From contig JAADVB010000011.1 of NCBI GenBank assembly GCA_023334545.1, positions 62,001 to 126,000 on the forward strand: DNA of 64,000 nt, read 5' to 3'. Origin of the DNA: Salisapilia sapeloensis CBS 127946 (taxonomy: Eukaryota; Protista; Oomycota). The position numbers and the translations under genes were made by a program. Positions 1 to 10,956 of this stretch are shown one piece after another; position 1 is the first letter of the stretch; every line of letters starts with the position of its first letter. The notes beneath the pieces are model-generated. The model was not told the DNA's origin. It saw nothing but the letters and a program-made list of their open reading frames with translations, and ran no database searches.

Positions 1-23
1 TCCTTCCAGCTCTTCGTTCAGTC

Positions 24-3000
24 ATGTCGAAAAGACCAGGCTTTACGAAGAACCAGCGTTTCCATGCACCGTCGTTCGTTCCAACCCTTTTTTCTTCTCA
101 TGTTAGTGGTCCAGAAGTAAAGGAAGAAGCGTCGAAGGACGAACGTGATGATGTGGATGTGGACTTTGCTCAAATGACATTGTATGACGCTTACCAGCAA
201 GGCTACTTACTTCCAGAGGATTATATGACTATTTCGTGCTTTGTTAGCTTACTTGCTCTTCTGTTCCTCTACGGCGTAATCTTGTCAGCGACTGAGACTC
301 CGTCCTGGCTTGGCCACTTGATATGGACCGGATCCTATTTTCTACTTTTTACGCTTGCACCAACTTTCAAGTACTTTCGTATTGCTGAAACTACTGAAGA
401 CATGAAGTACACTTTCGGATTTGGCTACTCTCTGGGCTGGATCACAGGCTTTGTACTCTTCTTTGCTGTGTTAAAGGCGAGCGTAAATCAAGCCGAGTCA
501 CTCGTCATATTGTCAGTTTTGGTACTATACCCCATATTCCTCCTCTTCATCGTCACCTTGGTCAAGTGGAAGGATGAGCAGTTCCTCATTACACGTCCTA
601 CACGCCGTATATTGAGCCTATGCTCCTTCTTTATTGCTTTCTGGATCATGGAAATGTACGTGTATGTTGGCGTGGTGTTTGGAGCATTCCTAACGTTCAT
701 TGCTTCTCTGGGCATATTCGTGAGTTTCTTGCTTCTCAAGTGGATTCAAAACGATATGTATCTTTCCCCATTCTACCAGCGCCGAGCGAATTTATCAGTA
801 CTTGGGGCCACATGCATGATCATAGCAGCAGGCCTATTTTTTGGTCTAGACTTCTTCTACTGTCTCTCATTCGCTTTCATTGTACTGATCGTCAAGTACA
901 TGCTGCTGATAGTGGCCAACTACTTCATGGGCAAGGATGACACGGAGCTCTTCTACACCCCATACTTGTTCCCAGTCTTCTCGTACAATGCCTACACGAA
1001 TAATGTCGTCGAGGAGACATCCAATGTCCGAAACCTGTACATCGTACTCGGGCTCTTCTTCATGTGGGGTGTAGCTGGTGTCATGTTCTTTGATCCTCTT
1101 GGCTTTGGCATCGGCATGTGCAGTCTTTCACTTCTGACCTTCGCGGTCGTAACCTCTCACCTGTGTGCGGTCACACCAGTGCGCATGGCCATTGCTGCAA
1201 AGTACGTAAACGATATGATTCTGAAAGACGCAAGTGTAGCAGCAATGGATGCTGCTAACATTCGTTCACATCCCTTCGTGCTAGAATGTCAAGAGTTTGT
1301 CGAGCTCGCAAGGCAAGAAGAGTTGACCGAATTGGAATTCCAGGCAATCGCTATTGGCGGTGCTGCTGCTACAGCTTTTGCAAAGAAAAAGAAGGAGCTT
1401 GCTGCCGAAAGTAGCATGTCAGATAACCAAGAAAAAGATTATCGCGCTGTGTCTAGAGAGACTGCTGGCGACGTAGCTATCGACATCGATGATATGGAAC
1501 ACTCTTTGTACTCGAAGAGCAATTCAGACGATGGGCAGGGTTTGTTTACATGCTCTGAGATATATGAAGAGATATTTTTAAAAGCTCATGGACCCTTTGG
1601 CTTTCTCTATGGAGCTACATTACCATTTCGACTCTACAGATTCCTCGAATGGAAATACTTTCCTGCCGTTCGCCGTAGAAGAGAAAAGCGAGCACGAGCT
1701 CGGAAGCGCGCGCAGTTGAATGCAGAAAATGACGCCTCCATGTCTGAAGCAGACGATCTCCAAGCTCTTGAACAGGGTAAAAACGAAAAAGTTGAAAAAT
1801 GGAAATCATCTGCAGTACTTGTCGAGTCCTTGTTGACGCTTCCGAAACTCGACAAAAAACTAGATATAGCATTTTATGAAGAAACTCGTTGCGTGATTCA
1901 CTTCCAGCTATTGCTTTTGACCGCAGCAGACGCGCGACTGAATCGAGAAAAGATATTGTTCCAACAATTTTTGCGAGAAAATCGATTTAAGCTCATGTCG
2001 AACAGTATTAATCCTCCTGCCAACATCTTCAAGACAAGCTCATTTGCCTCGATTGATATCCCACTCGTTGCGATTTGGCTACTGTCGCTATCACCAGAAC
2101 AACGAGCGCGTTTCCATTCTCTCAAGAACGCTTTTAACAAGGAAATGGAACGTATGGATACCATCATTGACGCAGAAGACGCTCAGTCGTTGCTCAATCA
2201 GCGTCAGCTGCTAGAAAAGTGGCGGCCTCGTGAGGAAGACCAGTGCCACCGCCGGATGCAAGAATTTCATGCAAGACGGCTGCGTCGACAGGAAGAGGGT
2301 ATCCGATCTGATGGCGATGTGGATGAGTCGCTTTTAAATGCACAGGAAGCTATAATGGAAATCGAGTCGGGATACTCGTGCAAGCCTGGTCATTACGGTC
2401 GATCACTTCAATACGTTGACAAGGAATTTACTCCCGATGAGGAGTCAATTGCAGACTGCTCATGCGAACAGGAACTGGGCGGGTGGAAGGTTTCTACTGC
2501 GATTAATATTGCCGCCGGACTTTTCGATGGCGGCACAGACCCAGACGACGTACGTGTGGGGCGCCTACGGGACGAATGGCTGCTCAGTGCAATTAGCATT
2601 ATGGCAGCGTCTGGTGGTGTGGACGACGGAAGAGTCGACCCTCTCATTGATCAAATCTTTATCACGAAGCAGACGTCGCTTACTGGTGCATATGCCATTC
2701 GATTGTTCAAGAATTGCCAGTGGGAAACTGTGATCGTAGATGACTACTTCCCAGTACTCAGTCCCATCGAGGAGGACGATGATGCAGGCAAAGCCCTTGT
2801 GGCTAAAAACAGCAACGGTGCTGCGTTTGCTCATAGTCTCCAATTTAATGAACTGTGGGTGCCACTACTTGAGAAGGCTATTGCAAAATATTACGGTGGA
2901 TATGCTGCCTTGGAGGCCGGATATGTTCATCATGGACTAGAGATGCTAACTGGATACCCTTCCGAGGAAGTCTTTTTAGCTCCTGCTTCTCGTGGTTCGT

Positions 3001-4202
3001 TCAAGACAACCTTGTGGAAGCAGCTACTTGTATACAAGTCGAACCAGTTCTTAATGGGAGCTGGCACTATCGACACTCATTCTGATGATAGTGCTGCAGC
3101 ACTCTCAGCTGAAATTCGAGCGAGTGGGCTTGTATTTGGTGCTTGCTATGTCATCTATGACGTCCGTGATATTGACGGCTACCGTCTATTAAAACTTCGG
3201 AACCCACCAGGAGATCATCCCGAATGGCAAGGGGATTGGAGTGACAACTCGAGATTGTGGAATCGCCGACTGAAGAAGTTGCTAGGTTTCCAAGGCGAAG
3301 ATTCGACGGATAACACTTTCTGGATGAGCTTTGATGATTTCTGTCATGCGTTCCGATGCTTGTACATTTGTCGCTACTACGACCCCGTCAAGTGGCCAGT
3401 AGTAGTAAAGTGTGGTCAGTGGGCAAAAGAGACGGCGTGCGGACTACCAACAGTACACAACCCTCAGTGTGCTGTAGACTGCAATCCTCAGTATGCATTG
3501 TCGACGTCGAGGCCGACGGAAGTCATATTGACGGTAACACAAGTTGACGAGAAAGGGTTGGCTCCGTTGCAAGTGCTACCGATCGCAGTCTACATTGTCA
3601 AAGGCGCTGCAGCTGATCGGGCGAGTCGAGTGAAAGAGCTTGGTCGAGACAATGTTGTGGCACATACTGGTACGCCTTCGAGGCAACGGGAAGTGAGGAT
3701 CCAATGTGAGTTACCGGCTCGAACGTACACGGTGCTAGTGGCTGCGTACAAGAGAGGAATGGAAGGCCCATTCCGCCTACGTGTGCAGAGCAATTACGCA
3801 GTGGAAGTGAACCAGCTCTGGCCAGCGTTGTGGAAGCAAGACGGGGAAAGAGGAATGGCGATGACCATGGCCGAGAAGATGGCGACGAAGATGGCAACGT
3901 CGAGTTTTGGTCAAAGACTGAAAGAGAAGACCGACGGCTTGGCGCAAACCCTCGCAAAAGGAGCAGCCGTGATGGCAAATGCGTTAAAAGACGAAGAGCA
4001 GATTATCGAGGAGGAGATACAAAAGGAGGAAAAGGAAGAAAAGATAGTGCAGGCGAGGCTGCAAGGTAAGAAGGTTAAAGACGAAGAGACCCCAACACCG
4101 AGCAAAGGGTGGATTGAGCAATGGGATGCTGGAGCTGGGAAGCCATTCTACTACAACAGACAGACTGGTATGTCGTGCTGGGAAAAACCAAAGGACTTTT
4201 AG
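24..4202 (+). CDS. Multi-pass membrane calpain-like protein (TM region, coiled coil, CysPc, domain III/CBSW, C-terminal WW); predicted catalytically inactive; possibly 5'-partial
   Basis: 1392-aa ORF. About 10 or more hydrophobic helices lie in aa 70-385. Calpain motifs: FTKQTSLTGAYAIRLFKNCQWETVIVDDYFP, ELWVPLLEKAIAKYYGGYAALEAG, LLKLRNPPG, WQGDWSDNS, FWMSFDDF, NPQY. WW domain GWIEQWD..GKPFYYNRQTGMSCWEKP. The frame is open upstream of the ATG to the window edge (LPALRSV-M). Confidence 0.88.
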   Translation: MSKRPGFTKNQRFHAPSFVPTLFSSHVSGPEVKEEASKDERDDVDVDFAQMTLYDAYQQGYLLPEDYMTISCFVSLLALLFLYGVILSATETPSWLGHLIWTGSYFLLFTLAPTFKYFRIAETTEDMKYTFGFGYSLGWITGFVLFFAVLKASVNQAESLVILSVLVLYPIFLLFIVTLVKWKDEQFLITRPTRRILSLCSFFIAFWIMEMYVYVGVVFGAFLTFIASLGIFVSFLLLKWIQNDMYLSPFYQRRANLSVLGATCMIIAAGLFFGLDFFYCLSFAFIVLIVKYMLLIVANYFMGKDDTELFYTPYLFPVFSYNAYTNNVVEETSNVRNLYIVLGLFFMWGVAGVMFFDPLGFGIGMCSLSLLTFAVVTSHLCAVTPVRMAIAAKYVNDMILKDASVAAMDAANIRSHPFVLECQEFVELARQEELTELEFQAIAIGGAAATAFAKKKKELAAESSMSDNQEKDYRAVSRETAGDVAIDIDDMEHSLYSKSNSDDGQGLFTCSEIYEEIFLKAHGPFGFLYGATLPFRLYRFLEWKYFPAVRRRREKRARARKRAQLNAENDASMSEADDLQALEQGKNEKVEKWKSSAVLVESLLTLPKLDKKLDIAFYEETRCVIHFQLLLLTAADARLNREKILFQQFLRENRFKLMSNSINPPANIFKTSSFASIDIPLVAIWLLSLSPEQRARFHSLKNAFNKEMERMDTIIDAEDAQSLLNQRQLLEKWRPREEDQCHRRMQEFHARRLRRQEEGIRSDGDVDESLLNAQEAIMEIESGYSCKPGHYGRSLQYVDKEFTPDEESIADCSCEQELGGWKVSTAINIAAGLFDGGTDPDDVRVGRLRDEWLLSAISIMAASGGVDDGRVDPLIDQIFITKQTSLTGAYAIRLFKNCQWETVIVDDYFPVLSPIEEDDDAGKALVAKNSNGAAFAHSLQFNELWVPLLEKAIAKYYGGYAALEAGYVHHGLEMLTGYPSEEVFLAPASRGSFKTTLWKQLLVYKSNQFLMGAGTIDTHSDDSAAALSAEIRASGLVFGACYVIYDVRDIDGYRLLKLRNPPGDHPEWQGDWSDNSRLWNRRLKKLLGFQGEDSTDNTFWMSFDDFCHAFRCLYICRYYDPVKWPVVVKCGQWAKETACGLPTVHNPQCAVDCNPQYALSTSRPTEVILTVTQVDEKGLAPLQVLPIAVYIVKGAAADRASRVKELGRDNVVAHTGTPSRQREVRIQCELPARTYTVLVAAYKRGMEGPFRLRVQSNYAVEVNQLWPALWKQDGERGMAMTMAEKMATKMATSSFGQRLKEKTDGLAQTLAKGAAVMANALKDEEQIIEEEIQKEEKEEKIVQARLQGKKVKDEETPTPSKGWIEQWDAGAGKPFYYNRQTGMSCWEKPKDF

Positions 4203-4280
4203 TGCAATTTAAAAATGTTTAACGATCACAAAGGTGACGAGTTTGTAGTTCATTCGACAGAATTTACATTGACACTCAAA

Positions 4281-4496
4281 TTAGGCGAGCGCAACGCTCT
4301 TGCCGCTGGCCTGGGACCACTTCTGGAGCGCCGCAAGCATGGTCTGGTCGTCAGCAGTTCCCGTGACGAGAATCTGCTGCTTCTCCACGTCGCACTGGAC
4401 GTCCTCAACACCGTCAATCTTCTTCAAAATACGCGTGCAAGCGCTAGAGCAGCCATCGCAGGTCATGCCGACTTTGAATTCCGTTGTCTTGGCCAT
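4281..4496 (-). CDS. ATX1: ATX1/ATOX1-type copper chaperone (HMA domain)
   Basis: 71 aa with the MTCDGC (MxCxxC) metal-binding motif, HMA-like pattern (GVEDVQCDVEKQQILVTG) and C-terminal KWSQASGK. Confidence 0.92.
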   Translation of the reverse strand: MAKTTEFKVGMTCDGCSSACTRILKKIDGVEDVQCDVEKQQILVTGTADDQTMLAALQKWSQASGKSVALA

Positions 4497-4748
4497 CTTG
4501 TCTTCTTCGCTGGAGCTCCAAATAGAAAATGAGCTTCAGGACATCTCAACACGTATCATTCTTTCGTATCAGCTGTCTTATCATTCCGTTTTGTGAGCTT
4601 CAAAAGAGTCCTACAAGTTCAACAAACATTTCAAGACATGTACTAAGATGATCGGAAAAGCGCTTGATTGCGCTCCTTACTCTTATTGTTGATTGGAATT
4701 ACGAAAGAAAAGTAGAATTGGCATCGAGTTACTTGCGGACCTTTATCC

Positions 4749-6281
4749 TTAGTAGATATCCGCAATTGGGTCGTACACATTCGCCTTCAAGTGGTTGCCG
4801 CTGCCGTCCAGTTGGAGACCAACTTGCACGCAGAAGAGCGATTCACCTCCGTTACCATCGGCACGCAATTCAATTTCATAGTTGCCAGACGGGGCGATTT
4901 GAGGCAAGTTCACATCCAATTCCAACTTGTCGCTGCCCCCCTTCTTCATCGGGCATTGCAGGCCGTGGACATCAATGTGGCCCAGGCCGAGCGGGAGCGG
5001 CACGTGCGTGTCTCCGCACGTCTCGCCGTCATGCGCAAACACTTGCATACCAGCAAGCTTGACCGAGAGGTGGAACTTGGACTGGTCCACAGCCTCCTTG
5101 GCGATCGCCTTGCCCGAGATCTTGACCGGGTGGCCACGCTGCGGGGACTTGGGGCTCACGCTTAGGTTTTCAAAGGTGATGGCCGAGTGGCTCGCGTCTC
5201 CACATTGAGAGATGGTGGCAGAGCTCGAGACGTCCTCCGTGAAGTCCGAACGCAAGTTGGAGGTGATCGGACCGTCTTGGTCGATCAACTCAGCAGTCGG
5301 GTAGCTCGGGGCCATCGCGATACCACATTGGCCACTGGAAATTCCCATCTCGCGCGCCAGCTTGATGTATCCCTTGTCTCCCCAGCTCGGTCCCCACGAG
5401 TTTTTGACCTTCCAGTACTTAACGCCGTTCTCCTCGCCGTATCCGACAGCCAAGACACCGTGGTCGAGGCGCGTGCCACACTTGCCAGTCATGACACCAG
5501 AGTGGTAGAACTGGAAGGCGCGCTGGTCCGCTTCAATGGCGACCGAAATGGGCTGTTGCGCCACCGCAGCACGTAGCGCTTCCTCGTCGTTGGGGGTGAC
5601 ATCGTGGAATCCAGTGACCTTGACAACCTTCCTGCAGTCCTTGCACTCGCGGTTCTTGTGCGCAACGTACTCGTAGTCGGTTTCGGTGCACAAACCTTCG
5701 TGGTTCTCAATCCACTCAAACGCATGGTCCATCAAACCGCCGTTGCAGGCCATGTCGCCATTGTCATCGCAATCCATGAGCTGCTGCTCCGATAGATTCG
5801 GGAGCTTGCTGGAAGCGACGAAGGCAGCACCTTCGACCGCACCCGTCGCCGAGAAAGCCCAGCAGGATCCACACATGCCTTGATCCTTCACATTCGTGAC
5901 AGCCCCCTTGGCGACCCAGTCGATTTCATCCGGAATGTCCGTAGCCGTAAGCGCTGGGTTCTCTGCCGGTTGATTCAGACGAGACTCAAGGTAGCCTTCC
6001 GGCATGGCAAAGCCCGTGGCATACTGCGACTTGAACTCGTCGTAGGTCATGTGGGAGAAAGCATTGTGCCCGAGCTTGTAGTCCGATTCACGTTCATTGT
6101 GCTCGCGGATAAAAAGATCGTTCTCAATGAAATTCTCCAGTCTGCGCGCCGACTCGACGGCATCGTGGAAGGTCAAACGATGTTCCCGCATCCAGTGCTC
6201 AAACTTGGCTTCATACTCGGATAAGGACTGCGCGTCCGCGAAGGCAGCAAACAAGAGTGCGGATAGCGTGAAGATCTTCAT
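4749..6281 (-). CDS. Secreted papain-family (C1A, cathepsin L-like) cysteine protease with C-terminal ML (MD-2/NPC2-like) domain
   Basis: Signal peptide MKIFTLSALLFAAFADA; I29 prodomain with ERFNIN-like and GHNAFSHMT motifs. Intact catalytic motifs QGMCGSCWAFS, LDHGVLAVGYG, YWKVKNSWG. C-terminal beta-rich ML-like region (ISQCGDASH..VSPKSPQRG..PSGNYEIELRA..LFCVQV). Confidence 0.92.
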   Translation of the reverse strand: MKIFTLSALLFAAFADAQSLSEYEAKFEHWMREHRLTFHDAVESARRLENFIENDLFIREHNERESDYKLGHNAFSHMTYDEFKSQYATGFAMPEGYLESRLNQPAENPALTATDIPDEIDWVAKGAVTNVKDQGMCGSCWAFSATGAVEGAAFVASSKLPNLSEQQLMDCDDNGDMACNGGLMDHAFEWIENHEGLCTETDYEYVAHKNRECKDCRKVVKVTGFHDVTPNDEEALRAAVAQQPISVAIEADQRAFQFYHSGVMTGKCGTRLDHGVLAVGYGEENGVKYWKVKNSWGPSWGDKGYIKLAREMGISSGQCGIAMAPSYPTAELIDQDGPITSNLRSDFTEDVSSSATISQCGDASHSAITFENLSVSPKSPQRGHPVKISGKAIAKEAVDQSKFHLSVKLAGMQVFAHDGETCGDTHVPLPLGLGHIDVHGLQCPMKKGGSDKLELDVNLPQIAPSGNYEIELRADGNGGESLFCVQVGLQLDGSGNHLKANVYDPIADIY

Positions 6282-6640
6282 CCTTCTCGGCACGCGTTCT
6301 TTTCGGATTGTGAAGAAAATTGAAGTTCTGCTTCTTCCGGTTGTTAAGTCGCTTCAAGTTGCAATAGACAAAAAGATTGTATGTGGACGAATAGCCGTTA
6401 GGAATCTTTCTTATCCGGTACCACCCATTGCTATGTTCAAACGGACAGACGCACCTGACGTCATGTACCAGTGGTACCTGATCTGCTTGTACCATATGGG
6501 TGATTTTATATAGGACACGTTCCGATATAGTTGCATCATCGTTCAAAACCCGACACGTGGACCATACAAAAGACAAGTGAGTTCCTCGGCTCACCACACA
6601 ACGCAAAAAGCGACGACACGCGCATACCCGTAGACTAACG

Positions 6641-8065
6641 ATGCGCTTCCTGCACTTGATCCGCCCGGTCATGTGCGTGCTGCCGGAGGTGGCACAGCCT
6701 GACCGGAAGATCCCGTTCCGTGAAAAGGTTCTGTGGACCGTCATCACGCTCTTCATTTTCCTTGTCTGCTGCCAAATCCCGCTCTATGGTATCCAAACCT
6801 CCCGCTCGAGTGACCCGCTCTACTGGATGCGAGTCATCCTCGCTTCTAACCGTGGTACGCTCATGGAACTTGGTATCTCCCCCATCGTCACGTCCGGTCT
6901 CGTCATGCAATTGCTCGCTGGTAGTAAAATGATCGAAGTCGACCAATCGCTCAAGGAAGATCGTGCGCTCTTTTCCGGAGCACAAAAGCTCTTTGGTATC
7001 CTCATCACGTTCGGTGAAGCTGTTGCTTATGTTCTGTCAGGCACGTACGGTAGTATTGCTGAAATTGGTGCATTCAACGCCATTCTGATCATCATGCAGC
7101 TTGTCTTTGCTGGTCTCTTGATCATCATCTTGGATGAAATGCTCCAGAAGGGATACGGTCTCGGCTCTGGTATCAGTCTCTTCATTGCCACCACGATCTG
7201 CGAGAACATTGTCTGGAAGGCCTTCAGCCCCACGACCATCAACACTGGCCGTGGCACCGAGTTCGAAGGCGCCATCATCGCGCTCTTCCACCTGCTCATC
7301 ACGCGTACGGACAAGGTGCGTGCGTTGCAAGAAGCCTTCTACCGCCAGAACCTGCCGAACGTCTCCAACTTGCTCGCCACAGTCTTCATCTTTGTCGTCG
7401 TCATCTACTTCCAAGGCTTCCGTGTCGACCTCCCGGTCAAGTACCAGCGCTACCGTGGCCAGCAGGGAACGTACCCTATCAAGCTCTTCTACACGAGCAA
7501 CATGCCCATCATCCTCCAGACGGCTCTTGTCTCTAACCTCTACTTCATCTCCCAGCTCTTGTACAAGAAGTTCAGCGGCAACTTCCTCGTCCGTCTTCTC
7601 GGTGTGTGGCAGGATGTTGAAGGCTCTCCAGGTCAAACCGTGCCGGTCGGTGGTGCTGCCTACTACATGTCTGCTCCAAGCAACCTCGCTCAGATCATGT
7701 ACGACCCGCTCCGCTTCGTCATCTACGTGATCTTCATCCTCGGCTCGTGCGCCTTGTTCTCCAAGACGTGGATCGAGATCTCGGGTTCGTCCGCTCGTGA
7801 CGTCGCCAAGCAGCTGCGTGACCAGCAAATGGTCATGAAGGGCCACCGTGACACGTCCATCGTGCACGTCTTGAACCGCTACATCCCGACTGCTGCGGCG
7901 TTCGGAGGTATGTGCATCGGTGGTCTTTCGATGCTCGCGGACTTGCTCGGCGCCTTCGGTTCTGGTACCGGTATCCTGTTGGCTGTGACCATCATCTACC
8001 AGTACTTCGAGACGTTCGCTCGGGAACAAGCGGACTTCCCATTCAGTGGCATGTTTGGTCTCTAA
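6641..8065 (+). CDS. SEC61A: Protein transport protein Sec61 subunit alpha
   Basis: 474-aa intronless ORF with hallmark motifs [86 protein letters not shown]. Confidence 0.98.
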   Translation: MRFLHLIRPVMCVLPEVAQPDRKIPFREKVLWTVITLFIFLVCCQIPLYGIQTSRSSDPLYWMRVILASNRGTLMELGISPIVTSGLVMQLLAGSKMIEVDQSLKEDRALFSGAQKLFGILITFGEAVAYVLSGTYGSIAEIGAFNAILIIMQLVFAGLLIIILDEMLQKGYGLGSGISLFIATTICENIVWKAFSPTTINTGRGTEFEGAIIALFHLLITRTDKVRALQEAFYRQNLPNVSNLLATVFIFVVVIYFQGFRVDLPVKYQRYRGQQGTYPIKLFYTSNMPIILQTALVSNLYFISQLLYKKFSGNFLVRLLGVWQDVEGSPGQTVPVGGAAYYMSAPSNLAQIMYDPLRFVIYVIFILGSCALFSKTWIEISGSSARDVAKQLRDQQMVMKGHRDTSIVHVLNRYIPTAAAFGGMCIGGLSMLADLLGAFGSGTGILLAVTIIYQYFETFAREQADFPFSGMFGL

Positions 8066-8400
8066 GTAAGAGTTCCCCAAGTCTTTTCTCTGTTCGAAAT
8101 TTGTGGCATGCATGCTAGACACGAGAGCAAGTGTCGAGTTTGAGGTTCGAAGAATAACATTCCCGTTCAAGGAGCATTATTAGGTGCTCCTGCTGCCAAC
8201 TCGTCCACGATACGCAATAGGATAGGAACGAACAAGGTCGGAAAGCAGCAAATTGTGGTCCAAGATCTGTGAGGTGCGTCCCCGTCGATTGAAGGCGTCA
8301 GATCTTGGGCTCTAGGTGCGCGAACTCGAGCAACTTGTCTCGTCCATGGCATACGTAAAACAAATCGAATGGAAGAAAGAAATACAGGCACACTTTTGCA

Positions 8401-10224
8401 TTAGAGTACTTTTCGGTTCGGATGCGTTGGTGGTTTCGATGGCACGTCCGACGTCTCACTGTCTTCCTGTAGATGTTGCAGTCCACTTGCCGCTGTAAAC
8501 GAGTCACCACGGATGCTTCCACTCATGGAATCCGATAGGGAAGAGCTGTCGGTGAAACTGTTGGTCGGACCGTGGCTCTGGATACGCTGCTTGGCCTTGG
8601 CACCAGCTCGCAGTGTCTTGTACCATTTCTCGTACTTGGCGAGTTGTTCGTCCTAGAAGGACATTAGTACTTTGAGAAGAGAAAGAGGTGCGAGTACTAC
8701 CTTGGCCTTAGCTGCATCTTGCAGCTCTTGGATCTGTTGCTCCTGCATCTTGATTCTTGCTTCTAACATCGGACTAGGCGACATGTAAGGGCGAGTAACG
8801 TAGAAAGGGAGATAGAAGTGTACTCTGTCGATCGAGAAGAGCTGGACCGGTTGCTATCTCGCTGTCGGCGCCACTCTTCCAAGGCTCTTTTGATCATGAC
8901 AAACTGCCACCAGAATGAGTTTAATGAGGATGATAATAGCAGTAGAAAGAGGTACCTTTTGATCGTAGTGCGCTTTGAACTTTTCCATCGAGTCTTGCAG
9001 CTCTTGATTCTCAGCCTGGACGTTCGATAGTGCTTCCAGTTTCTACAACCGCATTTAGAATTGACGATAACAGAGATACAGAGGTGCATACCTTGAGTAG
9101 TTTACTGTTCTCTGCACTTAGTGTCTTGACACTGTTGAGAAGACGCACGGTCTCTTGCTTGTTGTGAGCGATATGCTGCTCCATGTGCTCTTTATCATGG
9201 TCACTCCTAGACTGTACATGACTAGAGTTGGAGCCATTGGATGAAGACCGACTCGCTCGACTAGTGTCTGGACTGAGAGCACCTTCCTTCGCGATTGGAC
9301 TGCTCTTATTAGATGGACTCTGACCATAATGCTGTTCCATCAGTCTACAGATACAACCGCTTTATACAGTTCCTACTTGTCTTTATTCTGTAGTAGGACT
9401 ACCTCTTGCGTTGGTTACGCAGTCTAGAAGCCACAGCTGCACGGAGAGTCGACTCTCCATCCACGGTAGTAGCATGCAACCCAATTGGAGCTCTTTAAAC
9501 GCTCCTTTAGTAAAAATAGGCACACGGGAGGTAACATCGTACCTAGATTTCGACGGTAAGAGACAGAAGGAATCGCCTAGAGCGGAAGATAGATGTCTAG
9601 ATGACATCAGGACACTAGCATTGCTTCCAGCGCCTTGACGAGACAACCCCAACTCTCCAAGCTTCCGTCGCAACTCCTCCATTTCGGCTGTTGCGGCGTT
9701 TAACTGCGATTCGGCTGCTGCTCCGACCTCTGGATCGGTCTCTTCCATCACTTCTTCTTCGTTATCTTCATCTGACAATTTCCCATTGCTTTCTTCGGTC
9801 GGATCTGGAACGTTGTTGGGTGACGAAGATGGAACTGACTCGGACGCCTGATCGGGAGCTTCGCTTTCAGAGGTTTTTGGTAGATACTGCGACGCTTGGG
9901 CAGCTCTATACTCGTAGTTGTCTGCCAACACCTCCAATGCTTTCGTAGTTCGCTTATTATCGATTGATGCAGCCGCTTCGAGGAACTTTTCACTCGCTAA
10001 TCGGCCTTCCTTCGCAGCGGCTCGGAACTATCGTCGTAGTATGCATTTTCTTGGCTATAAGATATAAGAGGGTTTAAAATAGTGAAAGAGAGAGGTACAT
10101 CTTGACGTCGAAGAGCATCATCCGTGCGCACGGCGTGGTAATGGGCCTGTACAGCCGGAGACGCAGTCGTAAATTCCTCGGTCGACATGGATGCTTTAAG
10201 AGTTGTTCGGAAGACTGTACCCAT
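8401..10224 (-). CDS. Uncharacterised multi-exon coiled-coil protein
   Basis: ORF fragments join across GT-AG introns (e.g. ...DDALRRQD|FRAAAKEGRLASEKF...). Last exon DEQLAKYEKWYKTLRAGAKAKQR...NRKVL ends at TAA (8401-8403). Heptad-rich segments. Start codon (10224 or 10188) uncertain. Confidence 0.65.
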
Positions 10225-10956
10225 CTCGTGATTTGCTGTTTCTTGGTATTTTCCACCAATTGATGATCAGTCAAAGATCATAGCTATATATAGCTTGACT
10301 AAACTAGAAAAAACAATAATAAAGTTTGGTCAAATAAGCGAATAATCAGCTTCCTGTCATTCCTTTGTTAATTGCTTAGACCGAATTCTTCATAGGAGCT
10401 TTTGACTTTAAAAAATAGTACTTTATACCTGCAAATATAGCTGTAGCTCAAATTTTACTATTTCTCACATGGAGATTATCTTGACATTTACTCAAAAACG
10501 AAATATAGGTCTGACGTCGATCACGTTGACGACGAGTAGATAATACAGCGTTACTTTTGGAATGTAGCCACAGCATCCTTCCATGTACTTCCTTTAATTT
10601 TTAACGAAAGGCCTATTTAAATGTGGCAAGTTTGGCTTTCGTTGATGCTGCCTTTTACTTCTACTATTAAGACCACATCGTACATAGTACTACTTCCAAA
10701 CAAAGTTCGATAGGAGATAGCAACAGGTATACGCGTTTAATTAGCTTAAAATTTGCGAGCTTTATATAAAGTTTAAGTGAAAAACGTAACTCAGATGCAG
10801 ATAAATTCATTATGCAAGGATAGGACCTCCTTACGTAGCGTACAAGAATAACTGTTAGATTCGACTTGTCATGCTACGATTACAATCAAATGTCGGAAAT
10901 CTTTGGAAATACGACTTGAGCAGAATACAAACAATGCAGTAAAAAGACAAAGTAAG

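Noticed and set aside
4281-8065. High-GC3 block (ATX1, protease, Sec61 alpha) as a horizontally acquired island
   Set aside because: These are core eukaryotic genes expected to be highly expressed; codon bias explains the composition.
7037-8170. 377-aa minus-strand ORF, and similar long antisense ORFs (30742-31326, 48320-48865, 61679-62251, 4664-5576)
   Set aside because: They lie opposite well-supported, codon-biased genes and have no recognisable motifs; these are shadow ORFs.
10230-10950. AT-rich intergenic region with short palindromes (AGCTATATATAGCT at 10282-10295; CTTTATATAAAG at 10760-10771)
   Set aside because: Low-complexity TA-centred palindromes are expected by chance; no terminal inverted repeats or target-site duplications seen.
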